This document shows positions 10,552-20,354 of a DNA stretch of 64,000 nt, in pieces; position 1 is the stretch's first letter; every line of letters starts with the position of its first letter. The DNA comes from Candidatus Cloacimonadales bacterium (lineage in GTDB: Bacteria > Cloacimonadota > Cloacimonadia > Cloacimonadales > JAFGVF01). Below the pieces are notes generated by a model. It was given only the letters and a program-made list of their open reading frames with translations. It made no database searches and was not told the origin of the DNA. The translations under genes and the position numbers were made by a program. The DNA lies in NCBI GenBank assembly GCA_963662585.1, contig OY759729.1:1184001-1248000 (forward strand), given 5' to 3'.

Positions 10552-11802
10552 TCATTTTTTTATTAATTTTTTAGCTATCTCTTTTACTTTTCTTATTATT
10601 AATTCTTCATCAGCCACAAGGCCTCTATTCATAACAATCTTTCCATTACAAACGACAGTATCAAGGCAGGAACTATCAGCGCTATAAACTAAATTAGAGA
10701 TTAAGTTATAGTTAGGAGTTAAGAAGGGATTATTATTTTTGAGCAAGATAAAGTCTGCTAATTTACCTTCTTTTATTAAGCCTGCATCAATCTGTAGGGC
10801 TTCAAAACCGGTTAAAGTTGCATCTTTAAATACTTCTGTGGCTGGATATAGTTTCGGATCCATTTCTATATATTTAGGTAATAGGGCTGCAAACTTCATT
10901 TCTTCTAAGGAAGAAAGGTTATTGTTAGAAGAACAGCCATCAGTACCAATAGATATTTTTACGCCATACTCTTTTAAGAGTTTAAGGGGAAAGAATCCTG
11001 AAGCAAGTTTGAGGTTGGATACAGGATTATGCAGAACTGTAGCGCCTGAATCAGCGATTAGTTTTACATCGTTTTCAGTAAGCCAAACACAGTGAGCAAG
11101 TAGAGAGTTTGGCTTTAGAAGTCCTAGTGAGTTAAGATATTCTATAGGAGTCAAGCCATATTTAGCTTGGCAGTCGCTCACTTCTTTTTGAGTTTCGGCA
11201 ATATGAATATGAAGAAGTCTATTATTTTCTTCTGCATATTTAGCAATCCAGATTAAGGATTCTTTTGATACAGTATAAATGGCATGAGGTCCTAAAGCGA
11301 ATTTAACTCTCTCGCTATCTTGGTTATCAGCAAAGAACTTTTCAGCATTAGCAATCTGTCTATGTGCTTCCTCTAAGTTATTCTGATCAATAAAGACTTG
11401 TGAGATTACAGCCCTTATGCCTGCATCTTCAGTAGCTTTGGCAGTTGCCATGCTATGCCAGTACATATCATTAAAACAGGTAGTACCGCATTTAATCATC
11501 TCTAAGCAGGCTAATCTAACTCCCCAATAAACATCTTCTTCTGTTAGTTTAGCTTCAAGAGGCCAGATATAATTACTAAGCCAGTCAAAGAGCTCTAAGT
11601 CATCTGCATAAGCCCGTAAGAGGGTCATACCTGCATGAGTATGACTATTCACAAAAGAAGGTAAGATATACATTCCTTGGGCCTCAAACACTTGCTCATC
11701 ATTAACAGGAATATTAGGAGCTATAGTCTCTATTCTATTATTATTTATTAAAATGTCGGTAATATTATTGTTCAGATTAACATTCTTGAATAATTTCTTC
11801 AT
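10552..11802 (-). CDS. Amidohydrolase, MTA/SAH deaminase (MtaD)-like
   Basis: HTH metal motif (NSHTH), GPHAIY, HIHIAET, AHCVW, HNPVSNLKL and GTDG..SNN motifs. Confidence 0.85.
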   Translation of the reverse strand: MKKLFKNVNLNNNITDILINNNRIETIAPNIPVNDEQVFEAQGMYILPSFVNSHTHAGMTLLRAYADDLELFDWLSNYIWPLEAKLTEEDVYWGVRLACLEMIKCGTTCFNDMYWHSMATAKATEDAGIRAVISQVFIDQNNLEEAHRQIANAEKFFADNQDSERVKFALGPHAIYTVSKESLIWIAKYAEENNRLLHIHIAETQKEVSDCQAKYGLTPIEYLNSLGLLKPNSLLAHCVWLTENDVKLIADSGATVLHNPVSNLKLASGFFPLKLLKEYGVKISIGTDGCSSNNNLSSLEEMKFAALLPKYIEMDPKLYPATEVFKDATLTGFEALQIDAGLIKEGKLADFILLKNNNPFLTPNYNLISNLVYSADSSCLDTVVCNGKIVMNRGLVADEELIIRKVKEIAKKLIKK

Positions 11803-11819
11803 AATCTTTTTCCCTTATA

Positions 11820-12311
11820 TTAATGAATAAAATCAATTAAAAACTCTTTATATTGCGGGAACTTACTTATTAAAAGCTCACAATCAACTTCCTGATAATC
11901 ATCATATATAAAAGCTGGAGATAATGTAGCACCAATTAAGGAGTATTCTCCTCCCTTAACCATTCTAGCACAGAAAATTGTTCCTGCTTTAATAATAACT
12001 TGCGGTTTTTGATCTAGGAGAATATCACTGCCCATAATAACTAGTTCCTGAGTATTGTTAGAATTGATAAGGAGTAGTTCAATTGGATTGCCACTGTAAA
12101 AATGCCAAATTTCATCTTGTTTTAAATAGTGAGGAAAAGACAAAGATTCTTCTCCAAAAAGATAAAAAATGGCTGAAGAGCTTTCTCTTTCTGCTTCAAT
12201 ATTAGGAAAATAAGCTTTCACTTCAGAAGTATAGCTTCTTTTAAAGAAACCACCTTCAAGGGGGTGTGATATTAAGTTTAATTTATTTATAATTTCTTGG
12301 TATTTTGACAT
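11820..12311 (-). CDS. Cupin-family protein (DUF985/Cupin_5)
   Basis: HPLEGGFF, SAIFYL, DEIWHFYSG and PAF motifs. Confidence 0.85.
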   Translation of the reverse strand: MSKYQEIINKLNLISHPLEGGFFKRSYTSEVKAYFPNIEAERESSSAIFYLFGEESLSFPHYLKQDEIWHFYSGNPIELLLINSNNTQELVIMGSDILLDQKPQVIIKAGTIFCARMVKGGEYSLIGATLSPAFIYDDYQEVDCELLISKFPQYKEFLIDFIH

Positions 12312-12387
12312 TGCACTTCCACTCTTTTATTCATGATAATATTTTATCTTAGGGTTAACTTGTCAAAGATTATTTTTCCCTCCAACG

Positions 12388-12408
12388 AAAAAAAGGGCAA
12401 ATGCCCTT
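12388..12408 (-). terminator. Terminator after feoA
   Basis: AAGGGC-attt-GCCCTT followed by a T-run on the minus strand. Confidence 0.65.
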
Positions 12409-12470
12409 AAATTTATTTTGATATTTCACTAAAGTATAAGTTGTATTTTGAATATTTAGAAGCTAATTCG

Positions 12471-12812
12471 TCATTTATGAAAGAATCTTCCCCAGCCAAA
12501 ACCCTTCTTTCTAGTCCCATGACCACCATGGTGATGACCTCTACCCTGTCCGTGTCTGCCACATGGTTCTCTTAATTCTACTATTAGTTCTGTTGCTTCC
12601 TCTTTTCTTAAGGAAACTTTCGAGCCATTTAGACATACTTCTATTGGGTCTCCTAGTGGAGCTTTCTTAGTTACCCGAAGAGTTTCTCCTCTAATTAAAC
12701 CTAAACTGAATAATTTTTGTCTATACTCTTTATCTATGTTAGCATATCCAACTATTTCGACCCTATTCCCCATTGGAATATCTTTTAGTGATAATTGCTT
12801 TTCACTATTCAT
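12471..12812 (-). CDS. feoA: FeoA-family ferrous iron transport protein with Gly/His-rich tail
   Basis: LFSLGLIRG, APLGDPI and SLRKEEA motifs; ATG at 12812 follows GAGGTG (the ORF track uses GTG at 12818). Confidence 0.88.
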   Translation of the reverse strand: MNSEKQLSLKDIPMGNRVEIVGYANIDKEYRQKLFSLGLIRGETLRVTKKAPLGDPIEVCLNGSKVSLRKEEATELIVELREPCGRHGQGRGHHHGGHGTRKKGFGWGRFFHK

Positions 12813-12828
12813 ACTCACCTCTTAATAA

Positions 12829-12869
12829 GTTAGTTATTACTAACATAATTCAAGTCGATATTCTGTCAA
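12829..12869 (-). promoter_or_regulatory. feoA promoter with overlapping palindromic operator (DtxR/MntR-like)
   Basis: TTGACA at 12869-12864; palindrome GTTAGT-N4-ACTAAC at 12829-12844 overlapping the -10/+1 region. Confidence 0.55.
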
Positions 12870-13059
12870 ACTCTTTTTTAAATATTTTACACTTTTCTGA
12901 TAATTTAGTTTGTTAACATTGATATAGTAAGTAATTTATCAGCATGAAATAAACTAAGAAGCTATAATTTGCTGATAAAAAAAGCAAGGAATAATAATGT
13001 TATTGACTTAGAATACTAGGTCAAATTTATTGTCTGAAAATATCAATAAAGTAGGAATA

Positions 13060-14481
13060 ATGAAAGAAAATAGAAATTTAACTGAAGGGAATATCTTTAA
13101 GACCATACTGTTATTGTCATTACCAATAATGGCTCAATCATTTATTCAAATGGCCTATAACATGACAGATATGTTATGGATAGGCAGAGTAGGTTCAGGG
13201 GCAGTAGCTTCTGTAGGAACAGCTGGTTTCTTAATCTGGTTTAGCTTTGCCTTTATAATTATAGCTAAAATTGGTGCTGAAGTTGGTGTAGCTCAATCAA
13301 TTGGCAAGAAAGATAATCTTTTGGCTCGAGATTTTGCTCGTAATGCTCTTCAATTATCTATACTATTTGGCTTAGTTTATACTTTAGCTATGCTACTATT
13401 TTCTAAACATCTCATTGGTTTTTTCCGTTTAGGTGATGAAGAAGTTATCAGACAGTCTATTAGTTATCTCAAAATAGTATCATGGGGAATTATATTCACT
13501 TTCATAAATCCTATTCTCTCTGGTATCTATAACGGAATGGGAAACAGTAAAACCCCCTTCTATATTAATGCTGTTGGACTAGTAATTAACATAGTATTAG
13601 ACCCCATATTAATCTTTGTTTTTAATTTCGGTGTTGATGGTGCAGCTTATGCTACAGTGGTATCTCAAGCTGTAGTTACCCTAATTTTTATAGGACTTTT
13701 TAGAAGTAAACATGCTCCTTTTGCTGAGTTTCACTTTTTCAAAAAGCCTATCCCTCATGTTATCAAACAAATTTTTGCTTTCGGAACCCCCATTGGTGTT
13801 CAGTCTGGATTATTCACTCTATTCGCAACCTTAATAGCTAGAATCATTTCTCAATGGGGACCAGTACCAATTGCGGTTCAGAAAGTTGGCAGTCAGATTG
13901 AAGCTATTTCTTGGATGACTGCTGGTGGATTCTCCACAGCTTTAAGTTCATTTGTAGGACAGAATTTTGGTGCTAAACAATGGGAACGCATCTCCAAAGG
14001 ATATTTTACCACGATTGCACTTGCAGGTTCAATAGGTATTATTGCTTCTCTTGTGTTAATTTTCTTTGCCGAACCAATCTTTGTCGTCTTTATTCCTAAT
14101 GACCCTGAAGCTCTTAGATTAGGAGCTGATTATCTAAGAATCTTAGGACTTTCTCAGTTCTTTATGACAATAGAAATTACTTCTCAAGGTGCTTTTAATG
14201 GTTTAGGTAAGACTTTACCTCCTTCCCTTATAAGTATTATTTTTACTGGAGCAAGGTTACCTTTGGCCATGGTATTATCAGCCTCTACCCTACTTGGTTT
14301 AAATGGAGTATGGTGGTCAATATCTATTAGTAGCATCTTCAAAGGCCTTATCTTGTCAGGCTTGTTCATTGCACTGCTAATTAAACATCCTGAAGTAAAA
14401 GGACCTAAAAATATTACTCAATTAATCTTCAGATTTGACAGACGGGCTTGGCAAGATAAGCGTGGCTTAGCAGGAAAATAG
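13060..14481 (+). CDS. MATE family efflux transporter
   Basis: 12-TM pattern; NLTEGNI, D.LWIGRVG..AVA and NIVLDPILI motifs; ATG at 13060 after AGGA preferred to TTG at 13030. Confidence 0.93.
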   Translation: MKENRNLTEGNIFKTILLLSLPIMAQSFIQMAYNMTDMLWIGRVGSGAVASVGTAGFLIWFSFAFIIIAKIGAEVGVAQSIGKKDNLLARDFARNALQLSILFGLVYTLAMLLFSKHLIGFFRLGDEEVIRQSISYLKIVSWGIIFTFINPILSGIYNGMGNSKTPFYINAVGLVINIVLDPILIFVFNFGVDGAAYATVVSQAVVTLIFIGLFRSKHAPFAEFHFFKKPIPHVIKQIFAFGTPIGVQSGLFTLFATLIARIISQWGPVPIAVQKVGSQIEAISWMTAGGFSTALSSFVGQNFGAKQWERISKGYFTTIALAGSIGIIASLVLIFFAEPIFVVFIPNDPEALRLGADYLRILGLSQFFMTIEITSQGAFNGLGKTLPPSLISIIFTGARLPLAMVLSASTLLGLNGVWWSISISSIFKGLILSGLFIALLIKHPEVKGPKNITQLIFRFDRRAWQDKRGLAGK

Positions 14482-14488
14482 TTTTTCT

Positions 14489-15304
14489 TTAGGCAAATAG
14501 TACAAGACTTATTGCCATAACAACCATACCAGCTATTAAGCCATAGATTGATAAGTGATGTTTTCCATACTTTTCACTAGTAGGAAGTAATTCATCAAAG
14601 GAAATAAATACCATAATTCCTGCTACAGAAGCGAATATTAAACCGAAAACTAAATCACTTAAGAAAGGCATAAGAACTAAGAAAGCTAGTATTGCTCCTA
14701 CAGGTTCTGATAAACCAGATAACAAGGAATACCAAAAGGCTTTTTTCCTACTTCCAGTAGCATAATAGATTGGTACTGAAACAGCAATTCCTTCAGGAAT
14801 GTTATGAATTGCAATAGCTATTGTTATACCGATTCCTAGATGGGGATCTTTTAGTGCTGCTGTAAAAGTAGCGATTCCTTCAGGGAAGTTATGGATAGCG
14901 ATAGCTAAAGCTGACATTATTCCCATACGCATCAAACCTTTATCTCGATTTGCAGGTGTCATTGATTCTACTGATTTTACTTCATGGGGATTTTCATATT
15001 CTGGAACTAATTTATCAATTAAAGCGATTATTCCCATGCCAGCAAAAAATGCTATCACTGTGTATAAATAGGCTAAATTATTTTGGGTGAAATAGTTTCC
15101 TAAGGCAGATTTTGCTTTAGGAAAAATCTCAATCATCGAAACATAGATCATCACTCCAGCAGAAAAGCCTAAGGAAATAGAAAGAAAAGAAGTGTTTGTT
15201 TTTTTAGCAAAAAGAGCGATTAAAGAACCGATACCTGTAGCAAGTCCAGCAAAAAGTGTCAAACTGAGAGCAAATAAGACTGTTTGAGTTGTGATATTTT
15301 CCAA
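14489..15304 (-). CDS. zupT: ZIP-family zinc/metal transporter ZupT
   Basis: HNFPEG and HNIPEG motifs, GFSAGVMIYVS, ENPHE loop; TTG start after GGAG. Confidence 0.93.
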   Translation of the reverse strand: MENITTQTVLFALSLTLFAGLATGIGSLIALFAKKTNTSFLSISLGFSAGVMIYVSMIEIFPKAKSALGNYFTQNNLAYLYTVIAFFAGMGIIALIDKLVPEYENPHEVKSVESMTPANRDKGLMRMGIMSALAIAIHNFPEGIATFTAALKDPHLGIGITIAIAIHNIPEGIAVSVPIYYATGSRKKAFWYSLLSGLSEPVGAILAFLVLMPFLSDLVFGLIFASVAGIMVFISFDELLPTSEKYGKHHLSIYGLIAGMVVMAISLVLFA

Positions 15305-15483
15305 AATTAATCTCCACTATTTATTTTTTAACCAAATTATGCGTCTATTTAACAATAAATCCCCAACAACATTAGTTATGGTTTAATAATAAAAAGAAAT
15401 AGTTAAATTGGCAAGTTTTTTTCTTTTTCCTTTACACAATTGCTAGTCCTAAATTTTGGTAAAGAAAAAAATTTGAGGAATAA

Positions 15484-16389
15484 ATGGAAAAATTTAGATT
15501 ATATAGCTTTGCCATCTTATCGATGCTATTCTGGAGTTCAACTTTTGTTTGGTTCAAAATAGCTTACGAGAACTTTCAACCCTTTACTATCATCTTCTTA
15601 AGATTACTCTTGGCAGGAATCCTCTTAGAGCTTTATGCTAGACTCTTTAAAAGACATGAAACCATAAAAAGAGAGGACTTTAAGATATTTCTTCTTTTAT
15701 CATTCTGTGAACCATTTTGTTATTTTCTAGGTGAAAGCTTTGGTTTGATGTTCATATCGGCGACCTTAGGCTCTTTGATTATATCGACAATACCTCTCTT
15801 CACACCTATTTTTACCTATATATTCTTGAAAGAGAAGTTGGGAATTTGGGGAATCATCGGTTTGTTAATTTCTTTCGCTGGCTTATTGTTTATTATCTTT
15901 GAAAATGCTGATCTGTCAGGTTCACTCCTCGGAGTAGCCTTAGAGTTCTTTGCGGTTTTTTCTGGTATAGCTTATGGTATAGTGGTTAAAAAATTAACTC
16001 ATAAATACAAAAGTATCACCATAGTCAAAGTTCAAAGTCAAATAGGAGCTCTCTTATTCTTACCTTTCTTTTTAATATTTGATTGGAGCAAGTTCCTAGC
16101 AATAGACCACTCTTTTTCAATCTACGCAGTAATCATCAAACTTTCTTTGTTTGGCTCTGTAGCTGCCTTTATTCTCTTCACAGAGGTAGTTAAAGGCATG
16201 GGACCTAACATCGCTAATATGTTCACTAATCTTATACCCGTATTCACCGCTGTATTTGCCTTCTTTATCTTAGGTGAAATGATAACCCCAATAAAACTAA
16301 TTGGTATTTTGACCGTTATTATTGGATTGTTTATTTCTCAGTTTAAAGGAAAATACTGGAAATTAAGATTCCGACCTGATCGAGGCTAG
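15484..16389 (+). CDS. DMT/EamA family transporter
   Basis: About 10 TM segments in two EamA repeats (FLKEKL, ILGE). Confidence 0.9.
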   Translation: MEKFRLYSFAILSMLFWSSTFVWFKIAYENFQPFTIIFLRLLLAGILLELYARLFKRHETIKREDFKIFLLLSFCEPFCYFLGESFGLMFISATLGSLIISTIPLFTPIFTYIFLKEKLGIWGIIGLLISFAGLLFIIFENADLSGSLLGVALEFFAVFSGIAYGIVVKKLTHKYKSITIVKVQSQIGALLFLPFFLIFDWSKFLAIDHSFSIYAVIIKLSLFGSVAAFILFTEVVKGMGPNIANMFTNLIPVFTAVFAFFILGEMITPIKLIGILTVIIGLFISQFKGKYWKLRFRPDRG

Positions 16390-16391
16390 TT

Positions 16392-17213
16392 ATGATATTT
16401 TTAGTATTAAGTATCATTGCCTCAGTTGCTATTGGTAATCTTCTTCATCTTTATAAAGAAAAAGATTCTAAGTTGAAAATACTCCAAGTTTTCCTTGGGA
16501 ATTATTTGGTTGCCAGTTTAGTTTCTTTCTTGATGATAGATGATTTTGAGTTAAATTTTAATGTTCTTGATTTGAGTCTGGGAGTAATTTTCGGGACCCT
16601 CTTCTTAGTTAACTTTATACTTTATCAGACAAATATTGTTAAGAATGGGATGTCAATGAGTATTTCAGTTATGAGAATCTCAGTAGTAGTTCCAATATTG
16701 GTATCTTTAATATTCTTTCAGGAGACTCTTCCCTGGCTCAATTATTTAGGCGTTTTCATCGTTATAACAGCATTTTTGCTAATGGGAAAAAGCTCTAGTA
16801 TTAGAAGTAAAGCCTGGTTGTTTATTCTTTTTTTCGTAACCGGCTTTACCGAAATTGGTTTAAAATTGTTTCATGAAATAGCTGAAACATCTCATAATCA
16901 AATGCTTTTTTATCTCTTTACTTCAGCTTTCTTAGTGAATCTAGTTATTTTACTTAAAAGAAAAGAGAAACTTCAATTAAAATATCTCACAGCAGGACTC
17001 GTCTTAGGTATTCCCAATCAGCTAACTTCCTACTTCTTCCTCTTGGGATTAAATAGTGTAGAAGCTGCCTATGCCTATCCTTTAGTATCATCAAATGTCG
17101 TTCTTCTCGGCTTCCTTACAGATAAATTATTATGGAAAACTAAATTCTCTCTCTATCAATATATTATTTTTGGCTTAATCTTTACTGGAGTAATTTTACT
17201 GAATATCAGATAG
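16392..17213 (+). CDS. DMT/EamA-like membrane transporter
   Basis: About 10 TM segments; NY and LGIPN motifs; tandem with the previous gene. Confidence 0.8.
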   Translation: MIFLVLSIIASVAIGNLLHLYKEKDSKLKILQVFLGNYLVASLVSFLMIDDFELNFNVLDLSLGVIFGTLFLVNFILYQTNIVKNGMSMSISVMRISVVVPILVSLIFFQETLPWLNYLGVFIVITAFLLMGKSSSIRSKAWLFILFFVTGFTEIGLKLFHEIAETSHNQMLFYLFTSAFLVNLVILLKRKEKLQLKYLTAGLVLGIPNQLTSYFFLLGLNSVEAAYAYPLVSSNVVLLGFLTDKLLWKTKFSLYQYIIFGLIFTGVILLNIR

Positions 17214-17235
17214 GCAGTCCTTGCTTTTCCAATGC

Positions 17236-17313
17236 TCCTCCCCTCCTTCTTCTCACTAAATCTAAATAAACTTCGAATATCATATCAGATGAGTGAGAAG
17301 GAGGACTGGAGGA
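17236..17313. repeat. Imperfect inverted repeat (22-bp arms, 19/22 match)
   Basis: tcctcccctccttcttctcact ... agtgagaaggaggactggagga, just after the EamA stop codon. Confidence 0.6.
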
Positions 17314-17376
17314 AAAGATAAGATCCATTACACATCTGTTGGGATTTCTTAACTGAGAGCCTGCTTTGTCAGATTT

Positions 17377-17591
17377 GCTCCAGAGGAGCAGTTTCTTGGT
17401 AGTCTTGAATTAGTAAAAAAACCTCGCTCAGTAGGTGCGAAGATATACAAATTTTCATCATTAAAGCTTTAAATAAATAGGTATTTTTATCATAATCTTC
17501 ATTGCCATAACATCAAAAGCAATTCGCACCTACGGAGCGATTTCTTTTGGGATAAAATCTTTATTCTACCAAGAAATAGTTCCTCTGCAGC
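17377..17591. mobile_element. REPIN/MITE-like nested inverted-repeat element (family B)
   Basis: Outer arms 17377-17402 and 17566-17591; inner arms 17424-17441 and 17523-17540 (17/18 match); the arms are themselves small hairpins. Confidence 0.7.
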
Positions 17592-17681
17592 TAGAAATTC
17601 TCACTTAAGACTTCAGCACTAAAACGGGGAGTTGAAGAGGCAAAGACTCTTGTTCGCTTCTTTACGAGAGTAATTAATAAT

Positions 17682-17700
17682 AGCCCCGCAATACGAGGCT
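17682..17700 (-). terminator. Terminator-like hairpin after 17919..20198
   Basis: AGCCTCG-tattg-CGGGGCT then ATTATT; resembles the 2709-2728 hairpin. Confidence 0.5.
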
Positions 17701-17724
17701 TATATCTTAAGATTTAGGGAATTA

Positions 17725-17906
17725 CCTGCAAGGATGCAGGCGTTCCCAGTTAAGAGGCCTGCAAGGATGCAAGCTTTCCCAGTTAAAAGGCCTGCAAGGA
17801 TGCAAGCGTTCCCAGTTAAAAGGCCTGCAAGGATGCGAGCCTTCCCAGTTAGAATGCCTGCAAGGATGCAAGCCTTCCCAGTTAGATTGCCTGCAAGGAT
17901 GCAAGC
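17725..17906. repeat. Tandem array of 33-bp REP-like units, 5 full + 1 partial (family A)
   Basis: cctgcaaggatgc starts at 17725, 17758, 17791, 17824, 17857 and 17890; each unit holds a GCCTGCA-agga-TGCA(G/A)GC hairpin. Confidence 0.95.
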
Positions 17907-17918
17907 ACCCTCCGTTTT

Positions 17919-20198
17919 CTATTTCATTAAAAGCATTTTCTTGATTTCACTTCTTCCAGCATTATCTATTTTGTAATAATATAGGCCTGAAGAGACTTCA
18001 TTACCAGCATTATTATCACCATTCCAAACTACATTATGCATTCCAACATTTTGGTTGGTATTTACCAGAGTTTTAACTAACTGACCTTTAACATTATAAA
18101 CATTAAGTTTAACGCTACCTGTTTTAAGAACATTATAGTTAATTCTAGTGGTTGGGTTGAAAGGATTAGGGTAGTTTTGATTTAACATAGCAATACTTGG
18201 AGCTACTTCATTATCTGTATTTTCTGTGGGGTAATCACTAAAGGTTATATCAATAGCCATATATTTCATGCTTCCCCCAGAAGCTTGACCAATATTGTAA
18301 GTCGATGAACCATAAGTTTCATCATCTAAATACATAATGTGAAGACGGCCAATAGGGTCATTTTGCAAATTGTATCCTATAAAATCCATTTTATCTCCAA
18401 GATATGGAAATTCAGGAATTTGACCATCCATTTCAGGAGTATCAATCCCGTTTAGAAAGATTGGTTCAGACCAATTAAATCCAAAATCACCTGAAACTGA
18501 GATAACTAACTCAGTCATATTTTGATAAGGTAAATATTCAGGATATGATTCAGGATAAGTATTTGCTAAACGCGCTTTATCAGAATCTTGCCAAATCATG
18601 GCCATCAGGCCATGCTCGTTTGCATCAGTTATCTGGGCAGTATGCATATGGAACATCATAGCATTATCAGCAGCTGCTGAATCCCAGTACATGTAAGGCC
18701 AGATTGTTGTTAAAACAGGCATTCCCCAGTATTCAGTATCTGCAGATGTAACACCATCATCTACGCCATCATAAGTACCATCATCAAGAACTTCCTCATA
18801 TTCGCCATCACCATCTTGATCCCACCAGAGCCAGAGGTCATTCATAGGATATAAATCTTGGCTATCATACTGGGTAATATCGATTAGGCTGTTTGGATTT
18901 AATGGTTCTGAACCATTTTCTTGTTGAGGATAAACTTCAGCAAGATACCATTCCATTCTATTTGTATCGAAAGTAATGTTTTTAACAGTGTGTAAGCCTG
19001 GATAATAAGAACCTTCGTTAGTACTTAAAGTATAAAAAGCTGGAAAATGAATTCTTCCTTGTCCATCAATACCACTACTAAAGTGACTAGATTGCCCAAT
19101 TTTATTACTTAGCATATCATCAGTAACATCATCAAAATAATATTGAGCAGGAACTAAAGGTTCCCCAGTTGCAGGATCGATGTAAGGTGGGTTGATAGCA
19201 TCAAAATCTCCAAAAGTAGAATATTGTTGCCATTGTCCCTCGCCATAATTATCGCAAACGAAGGCAGTAATAGTGCCTTCGTTAAGAGGAATACCTGCAT
19301 CTCCAGCCTCGGAATAAGCTATATGATATCCTATATAGTATAATTTATCTTCTTTAACTATAAATGACAAGTAAGGTCTTCTAAACTCACCTTCTGAAAG
19401 ATTCCACTCATTTAAGATTGGTATTGAAGTTGAAGACCAAGCTGTAGCATCAAACATTTGATTTTCAATATTACTTTCTGTAAAATCTTTATAATAAATC
19501 ACAACATTTTCGGATATTCCAGCCCCGTTTTGAGTCGCATTTTTAGCTAATACATAAACTCTTTGGGAGCCTTCAAGAGGAGAATCTCCAATCTGTACAG
19601 AAGGCCAAATAAATTCGTTTGTAGAAACAATTGTACCATCAACATCAATATCTACTGGATTATCTATCAGGTTTAAGGGATCAGAGTGCATGCCAATGGC
19701 CACTCCACCGATAACTGCATCATAACCAAAGACAACCTCTAGATTAGTAGCTTCATCATCAATATCAGCATGATATGCCAATAGAGGTCTTCCCCCTTCT
19801 GTTAAATCCATACTTGGAAATCCTTCCCAAACATCAGTAGCCGCAAAAGCAAGATTAGATTGTACAGCTCCAGTATTATCAATATATGTTTTATAGACTT
19901 TACGATTAGAACTTGCTGTAGTCTTAGCATGGAAAATCATCCAATGACCATCTAAGTTTGGAGTTTGAACTCTTTGTATAGGTTTACCACCATAAGAACC
20001 AGGGAAATAATCGTAAAAATTATCTACTATCGACACAGGTTCGATTGCAAAAGTGTATGTAGGCTGAAACCTATTTTGTTTTAAAGGTTTTCTTCCAATA
20101 TCTCTAAGGGATAATGGTCTTCTAAAATCCGTTTGACTAGCAAAAGCATTTGAAATAAAAAAGACTACTAAAGCCACAAGAACATAAAATCGTTTCAT
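17919..20198 (-). CDS. Secreted acidic protein (probable beta-propeller) with FlgD/T9SS-type CTD; paralog of 22514..24796
   Basis: ATG at 20198 after AGGAGG; signal peptide; Asp-box-like SGDFGFNWS; NQNYPNPFNP...KKMLLMK. Confidence 0.88.
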   Translation of the reverse strand: MKRFYVLVALVVFFISNAFASQTDFRRPLSLRDIGRKPLKQNRFQPTYTFAIEPVSIVDNFYDYFPGSYGGKPIQRVQTPNLDGHWMIFHAKTTASSNRKVYKTYIDNTGAVQSNLAFAATDVWEGFPSMDLTEGGRPLLAYHADIDDEATNLEVVFGYDAVIGGVAIGMHSDPLNLIDNPVDIDVDGTIVSTNEFIWPSVQIGDSPLEGSQRVYVLAKNATQNGAGISENVVIYYKDFTESNIENQMFDATAWSSTSIPILNEWNLSEGEFRRPYLSFIVKEDKLYYIGYHIAYSEAGDAGIPLNEGTITAFVCDNYGEGQWQQYSTFGDFDAINPPYIDPATGEPLVPAQYYFDDVTDDMLSNKIGQSSHFSSGIDGQGRIHFPAFYTLSTNEGSYYPGLHTVKNITFDTNRMEWYLAEVYPQQENGSEPLNPNSLIDITQYDSQDLYPMNDLWLWWDQDGDGEYEEVLDDGTYDGVDDGVTSADTEYWGMPVLTTIWPYMYWDSAAADNAMMFHMHTAQITDANEHGLMAMIWQDSDKARLANTYPESYPEYLPYQNMTELVISVSGDFGFNWSEPIFLNGIDTPEMDGQIPEFPYLGDKMDFIGYNLQNDPIGRLHIMYLDDETYGSSTYNIGQASGGSMKYMAIDITFSDYPTENTDNEVAPSIAMLNQNYPNPFNPTTRINYNVLKTGSVKLNVYNVKGQLVKTLVNTNQNVGMHNVVWNGDNNAGNEVSSGLYYYKIDNAGRSEIKKMLLMK

Positions 20199-20354
20199 AT
20201 ACAGTCCTCCTACCTTTTCTTGGTTTGTTAACAAATCTACTGTTTATTTAGTTAATTATAAAATAGTCTTCTTTTTCGAGTAAACAAATATTTTTTGCAT
20301 TTATTTAAGTATTGTAACTTTCAAAATATATTCTCAATAGGATTTTTATGTAAA

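Noticed and set aside
17725..17906. Possible CRISPR array
   Set aside because: Units abut at a 33-bp period with no unique spacers, and there are no cas genes in the window
17722..17976. ORFs 17722..17904 (-) and 17734..17976 (+) with 11-aa repeats
   Set aside because: By-products of the 33-bp DNA repeat; no RBS
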